A stretch of DNA of 64,000 nt from Candidatus Bathyarchaeota archaeon (GCA_963811105.1 CAWEPZ010000009.1:64001-128000), one strand, 5' to 3'. Positions 40,620 to 51,281 are shown, counted from the stretch's first letter. Numbers and translations are program-made. Notes: generated by a model not told the origin, from the letters alone.

Positions 40620-41001
40620 TCTCAATTGGTAATTTTTCAGCGTTAGAATCGTAAGCGACTACGCAGCTTTCTCCTTCAAAAGGGTAGCCAACAATCATAA
40701 GGATTCTTCCAAAGAAATAGTTCATGTCCACGTGACTAGGTGAAATGTTACCTGAGGGATGCGAGTGCACCGTACCTACTAGCGAGAAATCCCCCGAAAA
40801 CATATAAGGATTAAAATGTGCAAAGCCGCGTCCATGAACAGAGAAAGGAGCCAAAACAAGGTCTGTTATTTTGATCGTGTCTTTGCTTTTTTTGCCCCTT
40901 AAAAGCAGAAAGCTTTCTCGAGGGTAAAGTTGTTTAGCACCCGTGTAAATCGTGTCTAGAATGTCTTTTGGCACCTGAACAACTGTTGTTTTTGCTACCA
41001 T
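40576..41001 (-). CDS. JAMM/MPN+ metallo-isopeptidase
   Basis: PRES Glu and VHSHPSGNISPSHVD (HxHx7Sx2D). Confidence 0.9.
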   Translation of the reverse strand: MVAKTTVVQVPKDILDTIYTGAKQLYPRESFLLLRGKKSKDTIKITDLVLAPFSVHGRGFAHFNPYMFSGDFSLVGTVHSHPSGNISPSHVDMNYFFGRILMIVGYPFEGESCVVAYDSNAEKLPIEITGPIGYDSEKDFE

Positions 41002-41146
41002 GAAAAAAAAGTGTCAGTATTGGTTAATTACTCTTACTAAACATACTCTTGTTGGCATTAAATCATAAGTCAAAAAAACCTTAATTTCAGGAACTATTCG
41101 GTAAACATTTTAAGAGCGAGCGAAATAGAAGTGTTAATTTGTAAGT

Positions 41147-41231
41147 GCCGAGGTGGCAGAGTGGTTAACGCGCGGGCCTTGAGAGCCCGTGGAACATCCG
41201 TTCCGCATGGGTTCGAATCCCATCCTCGGCG
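41147..41231 (+). tRNA. tRNA-Ser(TGA)
   Basis: GCCGAGG acceptor, CGGGC-CTTGAGA-GCCCG anticodon arm, long variable arm, GGTTCGAATCC, G73. Confidence 0.95.
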
Positions 41232-41265
41232 CCTCTTATAGTGATATAAGAGAGCCTCCAAAAAA

Positions 41266-41886
41266 TTAAAGTCTTAGTAGGCATCGCAGGCCTTAATCAT
41301 AAAGACCGTTACCATGGCTATTTACCGTCAACTCTGGCATACGTTGATGCTGCGCTAGACGGTGTAGACCATGAGGTTTTTGTTACTCTGCCTACAAGTA
41401 AACTTCCTTGGGCTGGCCTTGTGGAATGCCAAAATCTTGTTGTAGAAAAATTTCTCTCTGGAGATTTTAGTCATTTGTGGCTTGTGGAGTTGGATGTGTA
41501 GGTTTTGCGCCTGGTTCTTTCCAGAAGCTGCTTGGCTTAAATGTTGATTTGCTTGTGGGTTTGTGCGTCGACATAACGGCCAAGGCTTAATTCTTGGTTT
41601 CTTAGATGAAAACATGATCGTTTGGTATTTACCGCTAACTGCTGTTGAGGGCAAGATACTGAGCGGATGGGTAATGGCCGGAACCAGTCGCGTCTTAATC
41701 AAGCGATGCGTATTTGCGGGGGGTTACCGTTTCAAGTTTGACCCGTGCGTTACACCTGATATCCTGTTTATGTTTGCGGTGAAGAATATGAGTTTTGTAG
41801 CTAAGGTCCATGGCGACGTTTTATGTGGCCATTTGCCTATCGCTCCTGGAGGTTGCCCACATGGCTACTATGGGCAGTTGGAATAG
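41266..41886 (+). pseudogene. GT-A-fold glycosyltransferase-like pseudogene
   Basis: KVLVGI..QNLVVEKFL..HLWLVELDV*, then AGTSRVLIKRCVF..PDILF..VHGDVLCGH in shifting frames. Confidence 0.55.
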
Positions 41887-41982
41887 TGAAGTTTTCGCAA
41901 CCATCTCAGGCCTAGTCGGAATTCATAATCGGGCTATTTGTGGGGAAAAAACATTGATTCTTACCAGGTGGAACCAAGCTTA

Positions 41983-42180
41983 ATGGCGAAGGGCAAACCT
42001 TGGAGTAGTTGAAGATGAAAAGGCAACTTCGGCAACTGTTAACAGAAAAAAGTCTATGCATTCTATTGCAAAGGTTCTGGGCAAAAGCCTTACCTCTGTA
42101 CAAATGAAAAGCATCTCGACTTAGGCTTAGAAGTTGTTGATGGGAGTGAAAAAAACACGCTATCAACAACTACCTTTGAT
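41983..42180 (+). pseudogene. Decayed HTH protein (KGKPW type)
   Basis: MAKGKPWS..QLRQLL..IAKVLGKSLTSVQMK..RLGLEVV across frameshifts. Confidence 0.55.
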
Positions 42181-42407
42181 AAGTTAATTTGCCAGTTGAA
42201 TTGCCTGGGGGTGTAGGTTGGGAGTTGGATTTTGACTTTTCCGGTTTAGAACTGTGCGGTTAGGGTTTTGTCTTTTATTTGGGCGCTTTCGAAGTATTTT
42301 AGGGAGTGGTCTTTGCGTTTTCCTTCTTTCAACTTGTCTGGTTCATTATTGCTCCAAATTCTTGTTAGTATCGTTGCTGGTTAAGATGAGGGCTTAGTTG
42401 TAAAGTG

Positions 42408-42689
42408 TTATCCGAATTTCGCTAGCACTTGCCTTCCGAAGTCGGTTATTTCGACGGTGTTAAAATCGTAGGGACCATGTCTTTTTGCCGCGTCAGGTAT
42501 GTCGATGAGCTTGGATTTGGACAGGTGCCGCACTGCGTCGTTTAGGGCTTCAGGCATCAAACCTGTTTTTTTATGTAAGAGGTCTACCGTCACCAAGAAC
42601 CCTTTCTCAAATTGGGAAAGAGCTACAAGAACTCTTTTGGCTGACGGGTCAATCATGTCGAAATCGTCTTGTTCAAAATCTTCAACCAT
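42408..42689 (-). CDS. Small winged-helix protein
   Basis: LHKKTGL..LNDAVRHL..EITDFGR; GTGGTG upstream. Confidence 0.7.
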   Translation of the reverse strand: MVEDFEQDDFDMIDPSAKRVLVALSQFEKGFLVTVDLLHKKTGLMPEALNDAVRHLSKSKLIDIPDAAKRHGPYDFNTVEITDFGRQVLAKFG

Positions 42690-43203
42690 TACAAAACACC
42701 ACTCGTAACAAGTACAGTCTCACATAAAAACCATTTGAAAAAACCCAATGGAAAATAGATGAGGACATGAGACTTTTTAACACTTGCTCCATGAACATTT
42801 TTCAGTAATCAGAATCAATAAGATTTTTATGTTCAGGCTAAAATATCTTTTATTGCCATGAAGAACCAAAAGAAAAACCGCAAAGAGCGACGCAAAGAAA
42901 TCCTGGCTAAAATTCTAAATCCACAAAGTCTTTAGCGGCTAGTGAAACATTAAATCCTTCAGAGAAGAGGATGCCTTGAGGTTCTGGCAAAGGCTGCAAC
43001 TAGTCGACGTGCTAAATCTTGTTACTTAATGCGGCAAATTTGCTCACTAATGAAAATGTTCAACAAAAGCATAAATACAAAACCAGTAGGACAAGCTAAC
43101 GTAGGAAAAGGTCTATTTTGTGTCCTAAAAAAATTTTGTTTTTTTAACGATTTATTTTACCATACCGTGTCAAATGTGTTGAAATGATTTGTAGCGGAGT
43201 TCG

Positions 43204-43665
43204 CTAGTATTTGATGCTTAAATATAGCAATACAGTTAATGCAACGAATTCAAATAAGCCTGGTACAAACTCGAATGGTCCGAGTCCATAGGCTCTGTAT
43301 CCTAATAACGAAATTAGAAGAGGATTTGATGTCAGGTCTTTGACGAGAAAGGCTGAGCCGAAAATTAGAAGTCCAATTGTAAATTGAGACCGAGTTTTTC
43401 GGTAGATATCCGTGTAGATTGAAATTAAGAGCACTAAAAGCGCTATGTTGAGTGTAGAGACTATTGTATATGCAGCATAAAAATACTCTAAGTCGCCCGG
43501 AATGAAACCTGGCGGCGGCAATCGTCTTACTTGAAAACCAGAAAACTGTTGTTGACTTATCACAATAAACCAAAAAGCCGCAAAAACAGCGACAAGGGCT
43601 AACATTGCCACTAATAATATGGTAAGTACTACTCTGCTTTTGCTTTTGTTCATTTGTTTCTCCAT
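43204..43665 (-). CDS. Four-TM membrane protein
   Basis: IYRKTRSQFTIGLLIF motif; directly downstream of the wHTH regulator. Confidence 0.8.
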   Translation of the reverse strand: MEKQMNKSKSRVVLTILLVAMLALVAVFAAFWFIVISQQQFSGFQVRRLPPPGFIPGDLEYFYAAYTIVSTLNIALLVLLISIYTDIYRKTRSQFTIGLLIFGSAFLVKDLTSNPLLISLLGYRAYGLGPFEFVPGLFEFVALTVLLYLSIKY

Positions 43666-43683
43666 CTTGTGTTTCTCCTTTTT

Positions 43684-43986
43684 CTACTTTTTCCCGATTT
43701 TCTTCACAATCTCCTCAAACATGGCATAATTGTCCTCCATTGTTTGCGAAAGAAAGTAGGTTGCGCCATATCTGTCTCCGACTGAAGTGATTATTTTGTT
43801 TTTTTCCAGAACTTCAAGGTGGTGACGCATCGTCTTATAATCCATTTTAAGCAAAGTTGCAAGTTGATTTGCATTCTGCGGGCTTTCTTTTAACGCCTCA
43901 ATCATTTTTGCCCGTGTAGGTCCGCCTCTGGTTCCGGCGATTAACCATCCGAGCAAATATTTTAATGAACGAGCGTTTGAAGACAT
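43684..43986 (-). CDS. ArsR-like winged-helix regulator
   Basis: GTRGGPTRAKMI..NANQLA..DYKTMRHHLEVL. Confidence 0.9.
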   Translation of the reverse strand: MSSNARSLKYLLGWLIAGTRGGPTRAKMIEALKESPQNANQLATLLKMDYKTMRHHLEVLEKNKIITSVGDRYGATYFLSQTMEDNYAMFEEIVKKIGKK

Positions 43987-44088
43987 TTATTCTGCACCGA
44001 GCATGAGGCAATTCTTTGTCACACTAAATCTGACTTAAGTAATAAATGTGTTCTTCTCTCGCAACAACATGCAAAGTTATTGGCATAA

Positions 44089-44844
44089 TTAGGAGTAAAT
44101 TTGGGTGTAATATTGAAAAATCGTTTAATAATTAACTCAGAATCATTTTTTCAGCTAAGAGGTGAAAAAATTAATAATGGATAGAAAAATCAAAGTCTTA
44201 TCGTTACTTTCCATTGTAATTGTTGCTACAGTTGCGGGTTCATTGCTTGCTATGCAATCAACTGTAAAGGCCAATACAAATAGCACGATTGCATCAGATG
44301 TTCAATCCCCAGCCGTTTCATCCGTAAACGCAACAGACAACAACGGATATGTTTTCACTGGTGACATAAGCTTCGGTGGTCCTAGAGGAATGGGCCGAGG
44401 TTTCGGAGGACCTGCAGGATGCAGGGGCCCGGGTGGATTTGGTTCCATACAAATAAGCTCTGACTTTACGGCGAACGTAACTGCTATCGTAAAAGCTGAC
44501 TCAGACGTGCAAAATCTGCTTAATCAAGGTTACAACATTACGTCAATTAGACCAATCATCACAACGACTATTGACGGAAACGGTAACCTAACAACCAAAG
44601 CTACAACCGCAAACTTAACTTTGCAGGGCACAAGTGGCAGATCATTTGTTACTATTGACCTCACTCAAGCAAAGGTAACAAAGATTGTAACGATAACTAG
44701 AACAGAAATTGATAAGTAAAATCCCCAATTTTTTCTTTTTTTTATTTTTCTTTTTTATTAAATGTTTTTTCTATCGTTGAATGTTTTGATTGATTTTAGA
44801 ATTAGGGTCAGATTTGGGTGAGATTATGAAAAATTGTTTAATAA
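44089..44844 (+). promoter_or_regulatory. Duplicated operator+BRE+TATA module
   Basis: TTAGGAGTAAATTTGGGTG..GAAAAATCGTTTAATAA at 44089-44131 and TTAGGGTCAGATTTGGGTG..GAAAAATTGTTTAATAA at 44802-44844. Confidence 0.7.
44162..44719 (+). CDS. Secreted or membrane-anchored protein with Gly-rich segment
   Basis: N-terminal hydrophobic segment, GGPRGMGRGFGG linker. Confidence 0.8.
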   Translation: MKKLIMDRKIKVLSLLSIVIVATVAGSLLAMQSTVKANTNSTIASDVQSPAVSSVNATDNNGYVFTGDISFGGPRGMGRGFGGPAGCRGPGGFGSIQISSDFTANVTAIVKADSDVQNLLNQGYNITSIRPIITTTIDGNGNLTTKATTANLTLQGTSGRSFVTIDLTQAKVTKIVTITRTEIDK

Positions 44845-44990
44845 CTCTTCAACAGTATGCAAAGAAAAGGGCAATCAAGAAGAGATAGAATCAAAAAAAA
44901 AGGCCATAAGCCCAAAAACTGCCCAAATAAAAACCCCTTCGAATCTCTTTTGGTTGCCCTTTTTCAAATAACTCAATGTAAGGTAAGATC

Positions 44991-46472
44991 ATGGGAATCA
45001 TTAATCGAGCTATAAGAAATATTTCAAGAAGGAAAATTCGAGCGCTGTTAGTAATTATTGCTTTAGGCTTTTCCATGGCAATTATGGTTTCAATTCCTGC
45101 AGGTGTTTTAGCTAATCAGCAGACAGCGAGCACAGTGGCATCAAACTTAAGCAACGTTATTACCCAAACTGGCGCATCAATTAACCAAACATCAACTCAA
45201 ATAGATTGTAGTCTTGCACCTAGTTTTTCTGGTTTCGGATTCCGTGATTTCGGTGGTAGCACGTCTGGCGGCAGTGGTTTTACGCCGGGTCAATTTGGTG
45301 GAGGTACATCGGGTGGAAGCGGCTTTACTCCAGGTCAATTTGGCGGCGGCACTGTAGGTGGCCAGTTTGGCGGCGGCGCATTTAATGGCGGACGATCAAA
45401 TCCAATGAACGAGAGTCTATACGCAGATATCAACAGTAATATCTCTGGAGTTGCAGCTGTTGAACCAGTCCTACAAGCCTCCGAAGGACAAAACGTAACG
45501 CAAACCCTCTCATTTAACGGGTACACACGAGACATCACGCGTCTTGAGGTAGAATACACAATTGAAGGAATCCCGCTAACTTCTGATCTGGTAGACAACT
45601 ATCCAGTGCTGCCAACAAATATCACCGCTGGAAGCAACCTACACGCTGGTGCGAGCGGTGAGGTTCTCCTTAGCGAAAACAACTCAGCATACTTCAATGC
45701 AGGAGTAGGCGACGCAATTACCATTTTAGGTCAAACCTTTACTGTTGTAGGTATCTATAGTCCATCTTCAGTTGCTCAAACGCAAACATTGTTCATTAAC
45801 CTGTCCGACGCTCAAACGATAACTAACAATACTGGATACATAACTTCTCTAACAGTTTTCGCTCAAAACACAGATTCTGTCTCAGGGGTAGCTACATCCA
45901 TAAGTTCATTGCATCCAGAGCTTACAGTTACTACTGATCAAACTCGCTTAACTCAACTTCAAACCTTGCAAACAACCTACAATGCTGAATTGGCAAGTGC
46001 ACAATCAGCTAATAGTCAAACATACTCAACTGCAATTGAAGAAATAGTCGTAGTGGTTGTAGCAACGAGCTTGATAGTTTTATTTGTCATGCTTTATACT
46101 GTCAAAGAACGAACTAAAGAAATCGGCACGCTTAAAGCGATTGGTTTTAGCAACTCCGCTGTAATGGGTCAATTTATGCTTGAAGGCATTTTGTTAAGTA
46201 TAATTGCCGGTGTAGTTGGTATCGTAATAGGCAGCGTAGCAGCACCCACCCTTTCATCAATATTACTTCCGAGCGTTGGAATAGGAAGTGGAACAGCATC
46301 TGGGTTCCTTTCGGGCACTACAAGAATTAGCGGCTTATCAGTAGCAACGTTGAATCCCGAACTTATTCTGATATTATTTGGTGCGGCCGTTCTTCTTGGA
46401 ACTTTGGGTAGTCTATATCCTGCTTGGAGAGCAGCAAAAATTAGACCCGCGGAGGCGATGAGATATGAGTAA
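44991..46472 (+). CDS. MacB/FtsX-family ABC permease with Gly-rich repeat insert
   Basis: RNISRRKIR, ERTKEIGTLKAIG, YPAWRAAKIRPAEAMRYE. Confidence 0.92.
   Translation: MGIINRAIRNISRRKIRALLVIIALGFSMAIMVSIPAGVLANQQTASTVASNLSNVITQTGASINQTSTQIDCSLAPSFSGFGFRDFGGSTSGGSGFTPGQFGGGTSGGSGFTPGQFGGGTVGGQFGGGAFNGGRSNPMNESLYADINSNISGVAAVEPVLQASEGQNVTQTLSFNGYTRDITRLEVEYTIEGIPLTSDLVDNYPVLPTNITAGSNLHAGASGEVLLSENNSAYFNAGVGDAITILGQTFTVVGIYSPSSVAQTQTLFINLSDAQTITNNTGYITSLTVFAQNTDSVSGVATSISSLHPELTVTTDQTRLTQLQTLQTTYNAELASAQSANSQTYSTAIEEIVVVVVATSLIVLFVMLYTVKERTKEIGTLKAIGFSNSAVMGQFMLEGILLSIIAGVVGIVIGSVAAPTLSSILLPSVGIGSGTASGFLSGTTRISGLSVATLNPELILILFGAAVLLGTLGSLYPAWRAAKIRPAEAMRYE
45265..45380 (+). repeat. Intragenic 45-bp tandem repeat (GGSGFTPGQFGGGT x2 plus a partial copy)
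   Basis: Protein repeat conserved while synonymous codons differ. Confidence 0.8.
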
Positions 46473-47271
46473 AACAGTCCTACAATTAGAAAACCTAAGC
46501 AAAACGTATACACTTGGCAAACGCGAAGTTCCAGCTTTAGTAAATCTGAATCTTACAATTAATGCTGGCGAGTTTGTGGCAATTATGGGTCCTTCAGGCT
46601 CTGGCAAAACTACACTGCTAAATGTTATTGGCTGCATTGATAAGCCAACCAAGGGAAAAGTACTGCTAGATGGCATCGACGCTACAGAGCTCCCAGAAAA
46701 TCAGCTCTATAAGATTCGAAGGGACAAGATGGGTTTCGTATTTCAAACCTTCAATCTGTTGCCATATCTTAACGCTAGAGAAAACGTTGAGTTGCCTATG
46801 GAAGGCCGAGTTAAATCCAAAAGTGAACGAAAGAAGCGGGCAAGTGAACTCTTAGCAACTGTTGGCTTAGCTGGTAGAGAAAACCACAGACCACAACGCC
46901 TCAGCGCTGGAGAACAACAACGCGTAGCAATAGCGCGGGCATTAGCAAATAATCCTGCCATAATTTTAGCAGATGAACCAACTGGAAATCTGGATAGTCA
47001 GAATAAGCAGGAGATAATCAAGTTGCTTGCGAAGCTGAACATTACTCAAGGCACTACCATAATTATGGTAACACATGACGGCGAAGCTGCTCATCATACG
47101 GAGCGAATGATTTTTCTAAAGGATGGTAAAATCGTTAAAGAAAAGCAAGGCATGCATCTAATGAAAAAACAGCATTTATGCCCCCATTGCGGTAGCTCCA
47201 TCAATGCAATCGAGGACAATTGCCCAAACTGCAAAAAATCCATTTATGCCATCGAAGAAGCATTCTCATAA
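46465..47271 (+). CDS. LolD/MacB-type ABC ATPase with C-terminal zinc ribbon
   Basis: [25 protein letters not shown]; CPHC..CPNC tail. Confidence 0.93.
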   Translation: MSKTVLQLENLSKTYTLGKREVPALVNLNLTINAGEFVAIMGPSGSGKTTLLNVIGCIDKPTKGKVLLDGIDATELPENQLYKIRRDKMGFVFQTFNLLPYLNARENVELPMEGRVKSKSERKKRASELLATVGLAGRENHRPQRLSAGEQQRVAIARALANNPAIILADEPTGNLDSQNKQEIIKLLAKLNITQGTTIIMVTHDGEAAHHTERMIFLKDGKIVKEKQGMHLMKKQHLCPHCGSSINAIEDNCPNCKKSIYAIEEAFS

Positions 47272-47286
47272 TAAGGCTGAACATCA

Positions 47287-48513
47287 ATGGAAATCCCGTC
47301 TATTCCACAAATTCCCGTTCCATCCCAACAATCTCAAAAAACAAAGAATTTTACAAGAACGATCTTAGTTATCCTTCTCATTGGATTAATTGCGGGAGCA
47401 TCAATTGGTTTCGCCTTAAGCTACATGGTCTTGGATGGAAAAATCAATACTCTTCAAAATCAACTTAATGGGGGTACTCAGAACGGTACATACGTCTCAT
47501 ATCCAAACGCTACATACTTTGTCGGAGATAACGTTTCGCTTTCCGCCCTTTATCAGCAGGTTAAGCCGTCAGTAGTTGTCATTCAAGACTTAGTGCCGGC
47601 GTACAATTTTTTTGGGCGACTTGCAGGATACAGTTTGCAGCAAGGTTCAGGCTTCATAGTTTCAATAAATAATCAATTAGTTATTGTTACAAACAATCAT
47701 GTTGTTCAAAATGCGGTTAACGAAACTGTAACTCTCGCAAGTGGCGACAGTTACCCTGCAAAAGTTTTAGGCTCCGATTCTCAAGCTGACCTTGCCGTTC
47801 TATCGATAAATCCGATGCCAAGCGGTTTAACATCCTTGACTCTTGTAAGCTCCGATGTTTTGCAGGTTGGTCAACCCGTAGTTGCAGTGGGTTCACCTTA
47901 CGGTTTGTCAGGAACGTTAACTACTGGGGTAATCAGCGCTTTAGGAAGAACAATCATCGAATCATCAGACTCAAGCTCAAGTGGTCCAACAATTCCTGAC
48001 ATAATTCAAACCAGCACAGCTATAAACCCAGGTAATTCTGGCGGACCACTTCTTGACTATTCGGGTCACGTGGTCGGTATTACTACTGCTGCGGTTAGCA
48101 GTTCCCAAAGTCTAGGTTTTGCCATTCCTTCAGATACTATAACGCGGGAACTCAACTCAATCATTTCAGGCGGCTCATACACTAATCATCCATCCATAGG
48201 AACCACAGGAACGGATATGAACTATCAAATCGCTCAGGCAATGGGAACCAGCACCACCTACGGCTATTTGGTAGAAAGCGTTTCATCACAAAACGGGCTC
48301 AAAGGCGGATCAACACAAGCCTCAATCTTAGGCTCAAGCGTAACCCTCGGCGGAGACATAATAATAGCCATCAACGACGTAAGAATAACCAACACAGACG
48401 ACTTATTGTCCTACTTGGAACAGCACACGGCACCTGGGCAAACCGCGGAGTTCACAGTTGTGCGAGGCGGACAAACACAAACAATCTCTGTCACCATTGG
48501 AAGACTGTCCTAG
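47287..48513 (+). CDS. HtrA/DegP-like serine protease with PDZ domain
   Basis: TNNHV, DLAVL, INPGNSGGP, N-terminal TM. Confidence 0.95.
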   Translation: MEIPSIPQIPVPSQQSQKTKNFTRTILVILLIGLIAGASIGFALSYMVLDGKINTLQNQLNGGTQNGTYVSYPNATYFVGDNVSLSALYQQVKPSVVVIQDLVPAYNFFGRLAGYSLQQGSGFIVSINNQLVIVTNNHVVQNAVNETVTLASGDSYPAKVLGSDSQADLAVLSINPMPSGLTSLTLVSSDVLQVGQPVVAVGSPYGLSGTLTTGVISALGRTIIESSDSSSSGPTIPDIIQTSTAINPGNSGGPLLDYSGHVVGITTAAVSSSQSLGFAIPSDTITRELNSIISGGSYTNHPSIGTTGTDMNYQIAQAMGTSTTYGYLVESVSSQNGLKGGSTQASILGSSVTLGGDIIIAINDVRITNTDDLLSYLEQHTAPGQTAEFTVVRGGQTQTISVTIGRLS

Positions 48514-48661
48514 GTAAACCCTTTTTTTGGAAAACTGACAAATTACACAAACAAACTGTCTATTATTTCACAAGAAAGCGATGACAAACCAGGTTTACTC
48601 AAACAACTTAAGCGCGATAATTGTCGCTATTTTTATAAGTTAATCGCTCAAATTAGATGGC

Positions 48662-49453
48662 ATGCAAGCAGAAATTGGAGTTATCGGTGGAACGGGTCTA
48701 TATGATTCTAAACTGCTCAAGAACGTTCAAGAAATTACAGTTGAAACGCCTTATGGCAAGCCTTCTGATTCAATAACAGTTGGTGAGTTGGGAGGCAAAT
48801 GCGTGGCTTTCCTGCCGAGGCATGGGAAAAAACATACGATTAGGCCAACGGACATTAATGTTAGAGCTAACATTTTTGCACTCAAGAAGCTTGGTGTTAA
48901 GCGTATTTTGGCGCCTTCAACCGTTGGTTCTCTTCGTGAAGAATATCATCCAGGAGAAATTGTGTTTTGCGACCAGTTTATTGATCGAACCACACGGCGT
49001 GAACAATCATTTTACACTATTTCTGAAGGCAAAGTCTGCCACATTTCGGTTGCTGAACCGATGTGCCCTGAGTTAAGGCAGAACATAATTGGAGTTGCTA
49101 AGAGGTTGGGAATCAAAATGCATGAAACAGGAACTTATGTTTGCATAGAAGGACCTAGGTTTTCTAGCAAAGCTGAATCCAAAATGTATCGTCAATGGGG
49201 TGCAGATGTGGTTGGCATGACTTTGGTTCCTGAATGTGTCCTTGCGAGAGAAGCTGAAATTTGCTACACTTCCATTTCAACCGTGACGGATTACGATGTG
49301 TGGAAGGACCATGTGGTCTGTGTAGATGATATCATAGCGATTATGAAGACCAATCTTCAAAACGTCAAGAATATAATTGCAGAAACAATCGCTGAATTGC
49401 CCAGCGAGTGCAAATGCCTATGCAATCAAGCTCTAAAAGGAGCATTTGTCTGA
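48662..49453 (+). CDS. mtnP: Methylthioadenosine phosphorylase
   Basis: IGVIGGTG, FLPRHG, EGPRFS, VGMT, VTDYD. Confidence 0.95.
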   Translation: MQAEIGVIGGTGLYDSKLLKNVQEITVETPYGKPSDSITVGELGGKCVAFLPRHGKKHTIRPTDINVRANIFALKKLGVKRILAPSTVGSLREEYHPGEIVFCDQFIDRTTRREQSFYTISEGKVCHISVAEPMCPELRQNIIGVAKRLGIKMHETGTYVCIEGPRFSSKAESKMYRQWGADVVGMTLVPECVLAREAEICYTSISTVTDYDVWKDHVVCVDDIIAIMKTNLQNVKNIIAETIAELPSECKCLCNQALKGAFV

Positions 49454-49467
49454 AGGAGAAAGAAGCG

Positions 49468-50013
49468 ATGAAAAAGACTGATAGAAAATTAAATCTTAAA
49501 TCGAGAATTCGAAGAATACCTGAGTTTAAAGGCGTAGTTTTCTGGGACATTACCCCTCTTTTGAAAGATAAGCATTGTTTTCATGAATGCATCAATCAGT
49601 TGGCAGATCACTACAGGAGCAAACCAATCGACGCTGTGGTTTCAAACGAAGCTCGAGGCTTCATTATTGGTGCAGCCTTGGCTTATGAATTAGGAGTCGG
49701 TTTTGTTCCCATACGCAAGAAAGGAAAATTACCTTACAAATGCGTAAACTTGACCTATAAAAAAGAGTATGAATGCGACTCAATCGAGATTCACGAAGAC
49801 GCAATCGAGAAAGGTCAGAACATACTTTTGATTGACGATTTACTGGCAACGGGCGGAACTGTTAAGGCTAACATTGAATTGATTGAGCAGTTGGGTGGCA
49901 ACATAGTGGGTTTAGGTTTCTTAATTGAGCTAGGCTATTTGGAAGGCAGAAAAGCAATCGGCGATAAGTATGATGTTTACTCCCTTATCCAAATAGAAAC
50001 CACAAACGGGTGA
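49468..50013 (+). CDS. apt: Adenine phosphoribosyltransferase
   Basis: FWDITPLL, EARGF, IRKKGKLP, IDDLLATGGT. Confidence 0.95.
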   Translation: MKKTDRKLNLKSRIRRIPEFKGVVFWDITPLLKDKHCFHECINQLADHYRSKPIDAVVSNEARGFIIGAALAYELGVGFVPIRKKGKLPYKCVNLTYKKEYECDSIEIHEDAIEKGQNILLIDDLLATGGTVKANIELIEQLGGNIVGLGFLIELGYLEGRKAIGDKYDVYSLIQIETTNG

Positions 50014-50023
50014 AAACCAAAAT

Positions 50024-50587
50024 CTATACTGGCTCTTGACGCAATATTGAATTTGCAGTTTCTTTGTAGATTCGAAAGTTAGCTTCCGAGAACAAAACGA
50101 AAACAACCTTATCAATTTTATCTTCTTTTTTCAAAAAATCTTTGACTGCTCCAATAGCTATTCTGCTGGCTTCTTCCATTGGGTAACCATAGGTTCCAGT
50201 GCTAATAGATGGAAATGCAATTGTTTTAAGCCCTTTAGCTACGGCAAGTTTCAATGAGTTTCTGTACGCTTGTTTTAAAAGTTCACCTTCAACGTGGAAT
50301 CCGCCAAGCCAAACGGGGCCAACTGTGTGAATGATATATCTAGCTTTTAAGTTGCCGCCTGAAGTAATAACTGCTTTTCCAGTTGGAAGTCCATCAGGCC
50401 ATTCTGTTGCTCTTATGCGTTTGGTTTCTTCAAGAATTTTAGGTCCACCCTTTCGATGGATTGCTCCATCTACGCCTCCGCCGCCCAGAAGCGATGAATT
50501 TGCCGCATTCACAATTGCGTCTGTCTCAATGTCTGTAATGTCGCCTTCAATTAGTTGAAGGGTTGCTGTTCCAACTTTAAACTCCAT
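50024..50587 (-). CDS. Macrodomain O-acetyl-ADP-ribose deacetylase (YmdB-like)
   Basis: GDIT, IVNAAN..GGGGVDGAIH, HTVGP, FPSISTG. Confidence 0.95.
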   Translation of the reverse strand: MEFKVGTATLQLIEGDITDIETDAIVNAANSSLLGGGGVDGAIHRKGGPKILEETKRIRATEWPDGLPTGKAVITSGGNLKARYIIHTVGPVWLGGFHVEGELLKQAYRNSLKLAVAKGLKTIAFPSISTGTYGYPMEEASRIAIGAVKDFLKKEDKIDKVVFVLFSEANFRIYKETANSILRQEPV

Positions 50588-50609
50588 GGATATATCTCAC
50601 TTAACTTCA

Positions 50610-51281
50610 CTATATAACCGTACTAATCAATGACCATGTGGCTGAACCCATAAAAAATGCCCCGAAACCGATGAAAACCGCGACACAAAAAAGTGTAATT
50701 CCCATTCTCCCACGCTCGGTGAAGAAGTGTTGAGATTTAAAAATCACCAATGCTGCCATCGTGTACCATAAGAAATCGCAAAGCCAATGGACTCCCGCAA
50801 AAAGGGAAAAGCCAAGGAGCCCGAAGAGCTGAGCATTAAGTATCAACGTAGTGCCAATAGTTAACCACCAAAGGATAAATCCTGCGTTTGCAGCTGTGGT
50901 GTAAATGCCCGCTACCACTGAATCCCTTTTCAAACTAACACGAGTTTCCTCTATTTTATGGCGTTTTCTAAACGTCTGGATTCCCATAAGAATCATCAGG
51001 AAACCACCCACCAATCCGACCGCAATCTGAACGGAATTTGGGATAATAAATTGGTTTAAAAGAAAGAAAATAAGAATCATGAGAGGAAACTCGACAATTC
51101 CATGACCAACAGCAATTAATGCCCCTGAACTTTTGCTTTTCCCAGCTTTCTTAATTGTTATTGCAAATAATGGTCCAGGCATTAGGACACCTGACAGTGA
51201 AATAAGCATAACTGAAGCTAAGAAAAGATAAAAATCAGTTATGTACGCCAAGATCCTATCCTCTCGCGTTCGTTGTTTCAA
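50610..51281 (-). CDS. LysE-family translocator
   Basis: MPGPL, GHGIVE, WWLTIG, HWLCD. Confidence 0.88.
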   Translation of the reverse strand: MKQRTREDRILAYITDFYLFLASVMLISLSGVLMPGPLFAITIKKAGKSKSSGALIAVGHGIVEFPLMILIFFLLNQFIIPNSVQIAVGLVGGFLMILMGIQTFRKRHKIEETRVSLKRDSVVAGIYTTAANAGFILWWLTIGTTLILNAQLFGLLGFSLFAGVHWLCDFLWYTMAALVIFKSQHFFTERGRMGITLFCVAVFIGFGAFFMGSATWSLISTVI

